Positions 61,131 to 64,000 of a stretch of 64,000 nt of DNA are shown here, in pieces. Every line of letters starts with the position of its first letter. Position 1 is the first letter of the stretch. A program made the translations under genes and the position numbers. Under the pieces are notes generated by a model. It made no database searches, had not been told where the DNA came from, and saw only the letters and a program-made list of their open reading frames with translations. The DNA comes from Stegostoma tigrinum (Eukaryota). The DNA is taken from contig NC_081394.1 in assembly GCF_030684315.1 (NCBI RefSeq), forward strand, positions 1,612,001 to 1,676,000, written 5' to 3'.

Positions 61131-64000
61131 TGTTATGAACCAGACCAGATCAGAAGGCCTGCTCAAAATATTTTAAGAAAGTAGATTGGACCCTAACTTT
61201 TTCTTATTTTAAAGATATATGTGCAATGCTGTGCTCCAAATGCAACACAACTGGTCAAACTACTCAATGTTAAGCAAAACACAATTCATTTTAATCCTGC
61301 AAAAATACAAAACAATATACAAAAGAGAGAAATTTAGAATAGCAACTCTACAGGGAAACCTAACCAAATAATATATACAGTAACTATTAAAAATTATTTG
61401 TTCCAATATAGTAACATCCCATAAACACACCCCTTGGCAAATTGGCTAATTCAGACATATATTCTTACATGCAGTTCTCCAAATCATGAGGAAAAACATA
61501 GAGAAGATTGGGAGAGCGTAGCAGCCAAGAGACATTCACTGAAGATTCCAATTCTTACCAGGTCCCAGTAGGCTTTGCTTGAAGCTAAAGCTAAAAACAA
61601 AAAAAAACGAGTAAGCATAGTCTAAGAGCTGGCCACAACCAGGCTCCTTCCCTTGTTTCAATTTAACAAAAGCTCAAAGCATTGCAAGTTGTTTGCTTTC
61701 TTCAAGACAAGTCTGTCTCTCTGCCTTATATCCTCTTCGCAAAGTATAAAACCAGCACCAAATAACCCCTTGAAAGCCACAGCATTGTCATACACCCCTG
61801 AGAAATAGTTGGAAACCTTTTCAGATCATGTGCTGGTGTTTCTCGGAGGTGTTCAGTGATCTGGGCAAGATGTTTCTATCTGAGTTTAATTTTACATATC
61901 CTTCTTCAATGTAGTCTGCGACAATGAGGGGCATTCTCCTCTCTGTTGTGATTGTAAATGCCTTTTGATCTTGATTAAACTTCTCCCAGGACTGGACGTA
62001 CTCAATCCTGCGCCTGTTCCCCATCCTTCTAAACGTCCACTGAGTCAAAGGTTCTTTTAAATTCATTCTCCTCCCCCACTCCCTACAGCCCCAAACCAAA
62101 ACTCTCATCTCTACATAGGTTCTTTCCTATTGCCCCTTCATATCCCCCCCAGAAGAAGAATGGATGGTTGTGCTTCAAGTGGCACTGTCCATGAGGACTT
62201 TTTGTGGGTAGCACATCAGATTCCTCTGACAGGAAATATAGAAATATGGACACCGCTAGCATTGATAAACAGGTGTTTTCGCTGGCAGTGTCATCACAGG
62301 GATATGATGCAGTTTTTTTTACATCATGCCATGCTTGCCACATTGTGCGTAAACCTCAACACGCACCTTCAATACGCATACCAGTTTTTGCAGAACCATT
62401 GAGTCCAGTGTTGCTGGACAGTGTAGAACCACTAACGTAACCAAACCAGAAAGCATAACACCAGTGTATCCTGACTATTATGGTGATGACAACTCATTTC
62501 CCAGGGGTCATTCCCTTGAAAACAATTTCAGCTAAAATAGAAATGAATAAATTAACACAAAATTGTTTGCATTATTGACTACCAATAAACAGACAGTCAG
62601 ATTGTTAGGGATGCCTATAACTGAGCAGACAAAATGGCCAACGGCTTCCCAAGACTAATGCAGTTGAACAAGGCTGACACAGTAACATTTCAAGGTTGCT
62701 GAATGTGCCTAATAACATTTAACTTTTGATTAATATAATAGAACAACAGTGACTCTGTAAAGACATAGATAATAACATTTTACATTTGACAGCATTAGCA
62801 GCTCAAGGTTGCAGCTGACACACAAAATATAGATAAGGACATCTCACACTAATTAGTTGTTTAACCAATAACTACAGATCCGAATTTGTCGTAGAATGGC
62901 TTTTTATCAGTTAAGAAGGTGACTACTAATTAAGATGCAGAAACCAGTTTCCTTTCAAGTCATTGTCCCGAGATAATTAAAGTTTTTTTTGAAATGTACA
63001 CAAGAGGTGGCATCTCTGGTCAGACAATTCATTTTAGGTGTGAGGTCTTGCTTAGAATCAGGGGTCAAGGCCATTCAGTCTCCAATCTTTGGATAAGTAA
63101 GCATCCTCCAAGGTGGACTTGGAGATACACAACAAAGCAAAAATCGCTGCGCAGAGGCTGACGACCAAGTTCAGTACCCATGTGGACGGCCTCAATCATG
63201 ATCGTGAGTTCATGTCACAGTACAGGTGACCCCACCCCAGACTCCCACAGACACACACACACACAAATTATTTCATCCATGATGTTTGTGTCGATGCAGA
63301 TACATTCTGTTGTGCTCAAAAACATGACCCCAGTTGAAAACATAGACAGATTTGAAGCAAGATCTCACACCTAAAATGCATTGCCTGACTGGAGATGTCA
63401 CCTCTTGTATACATTGATAAAACCTTTAATTATCTTGAGACAATGACTTGAAAGGGATCTGGATTTTGCGTTTTAATCAGTAGTCTCCTTCTTGAATGAT
63501 TAAAGATTCAACAAGAAAAGGTCAGTTTTAGGATTGTTACCTTTCTGTTTATAAACTCTGTGTCTTATATCCTCTCTCTCACACTACTCCTGAGGAAGTA
63601 GCTGAGCTAGGAAAGCTTGCATTTTCAAATAAACCTGTTTGACGATAACTTGGTGTCGTGTAATTTTTGACCTTGTCCACCGCAGTCCAATATCGGAAAC
63701 TCCACATCATTGCAGGAAGGATTGGTTTCAAAGGATTAACAGACATTGATGTGTGGATTGAATGAACATATTAAGACACAACTTGTTAGCTTAAGAATTC
63801 TAACATTAGGTGTAACCACATAACTTTGTTGGAATTGATCAAAAATCAATATTCTTTTGTATTTCCTGTAATAAGAACTTTAAAAGGTCCTAAAGCAATA
63901 GGCAAAGATCCAATAAATTGGCAGTTAACACTTGAATACGGTATCCATTGTGAAAAGCCTCAAGAAAGCAGATAAGAAACTGGGATACACCATGAAGGAG
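61131..64000 (-). mobile_element. Probable degenerate LTR retroelement (LTR ~61131-61794 plus internal region)
   Basis: TG...CA termini (tgttatga...tcataca) with a purine-rich cagggg adjacent on the minus strand; internal part not confidently translatable. Confidence 0.4.
63020..63710 (+). mobile_element. PLE 3' end of a third family with a degenerate HHR at ~63590-63620
   Basis: ...AAQRLTTKFSTHVDGLNHDREFMSQY; CUGAGGA-AGUAGC-UGA-GCUAG-GAAA-GC-UU. Confidence 0.6.

Overview
Eukaryotic, repeat-rich vertebrate DNA. The HE1-type SINEs, CR1 LINEs with (GAACATA)n tails and Penelope-like elements (PLEs) point to an elasmobranch (shark); this is inferred from repeat content only. Genes, all on the + strand: (i) the 3' end of a type-I membrane receptor (TM exon 129-216), followed by a ~7-kb tandem duplication that supplies up to five phase-compatible cytoplasmic exons with different tyrosine motifs; (ii) a complete Siglec-like V-C2-C2-TM-tail gene (39396-61045) that is disabled by an in-frame TGA, has Lys in place of the essential sialic-acid-binding Arg, and has an ITAM-like/YxN tail. 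The most striking object is a 9-kb fold-back insertion (46639-55650, 10-bp TSD) in intron 4 of the Siglec-like gene. It is a PLE whose two inverted arms each carry a Tx1-clade retrotransposon at the same nucleotide of the PLE's hammerhead ribozyme (HHR). The 5' junction of the full-length Tx1 rebuilds the hammerhead so that its predicted cleavage site falls at the Tx1 5' end, and both Tx1 arms share the same nonsense mutation. This suggests a ribozyme-targeting Tx1 that hitch-hikes on Penelope. The remainder is CR1, PLE, HE1, LTR remnants, small PLE fold-back insertions and retroelement-seeded minisatellites. All exon joins are predicted from splice signals and phase; there is no transcript evidence here.
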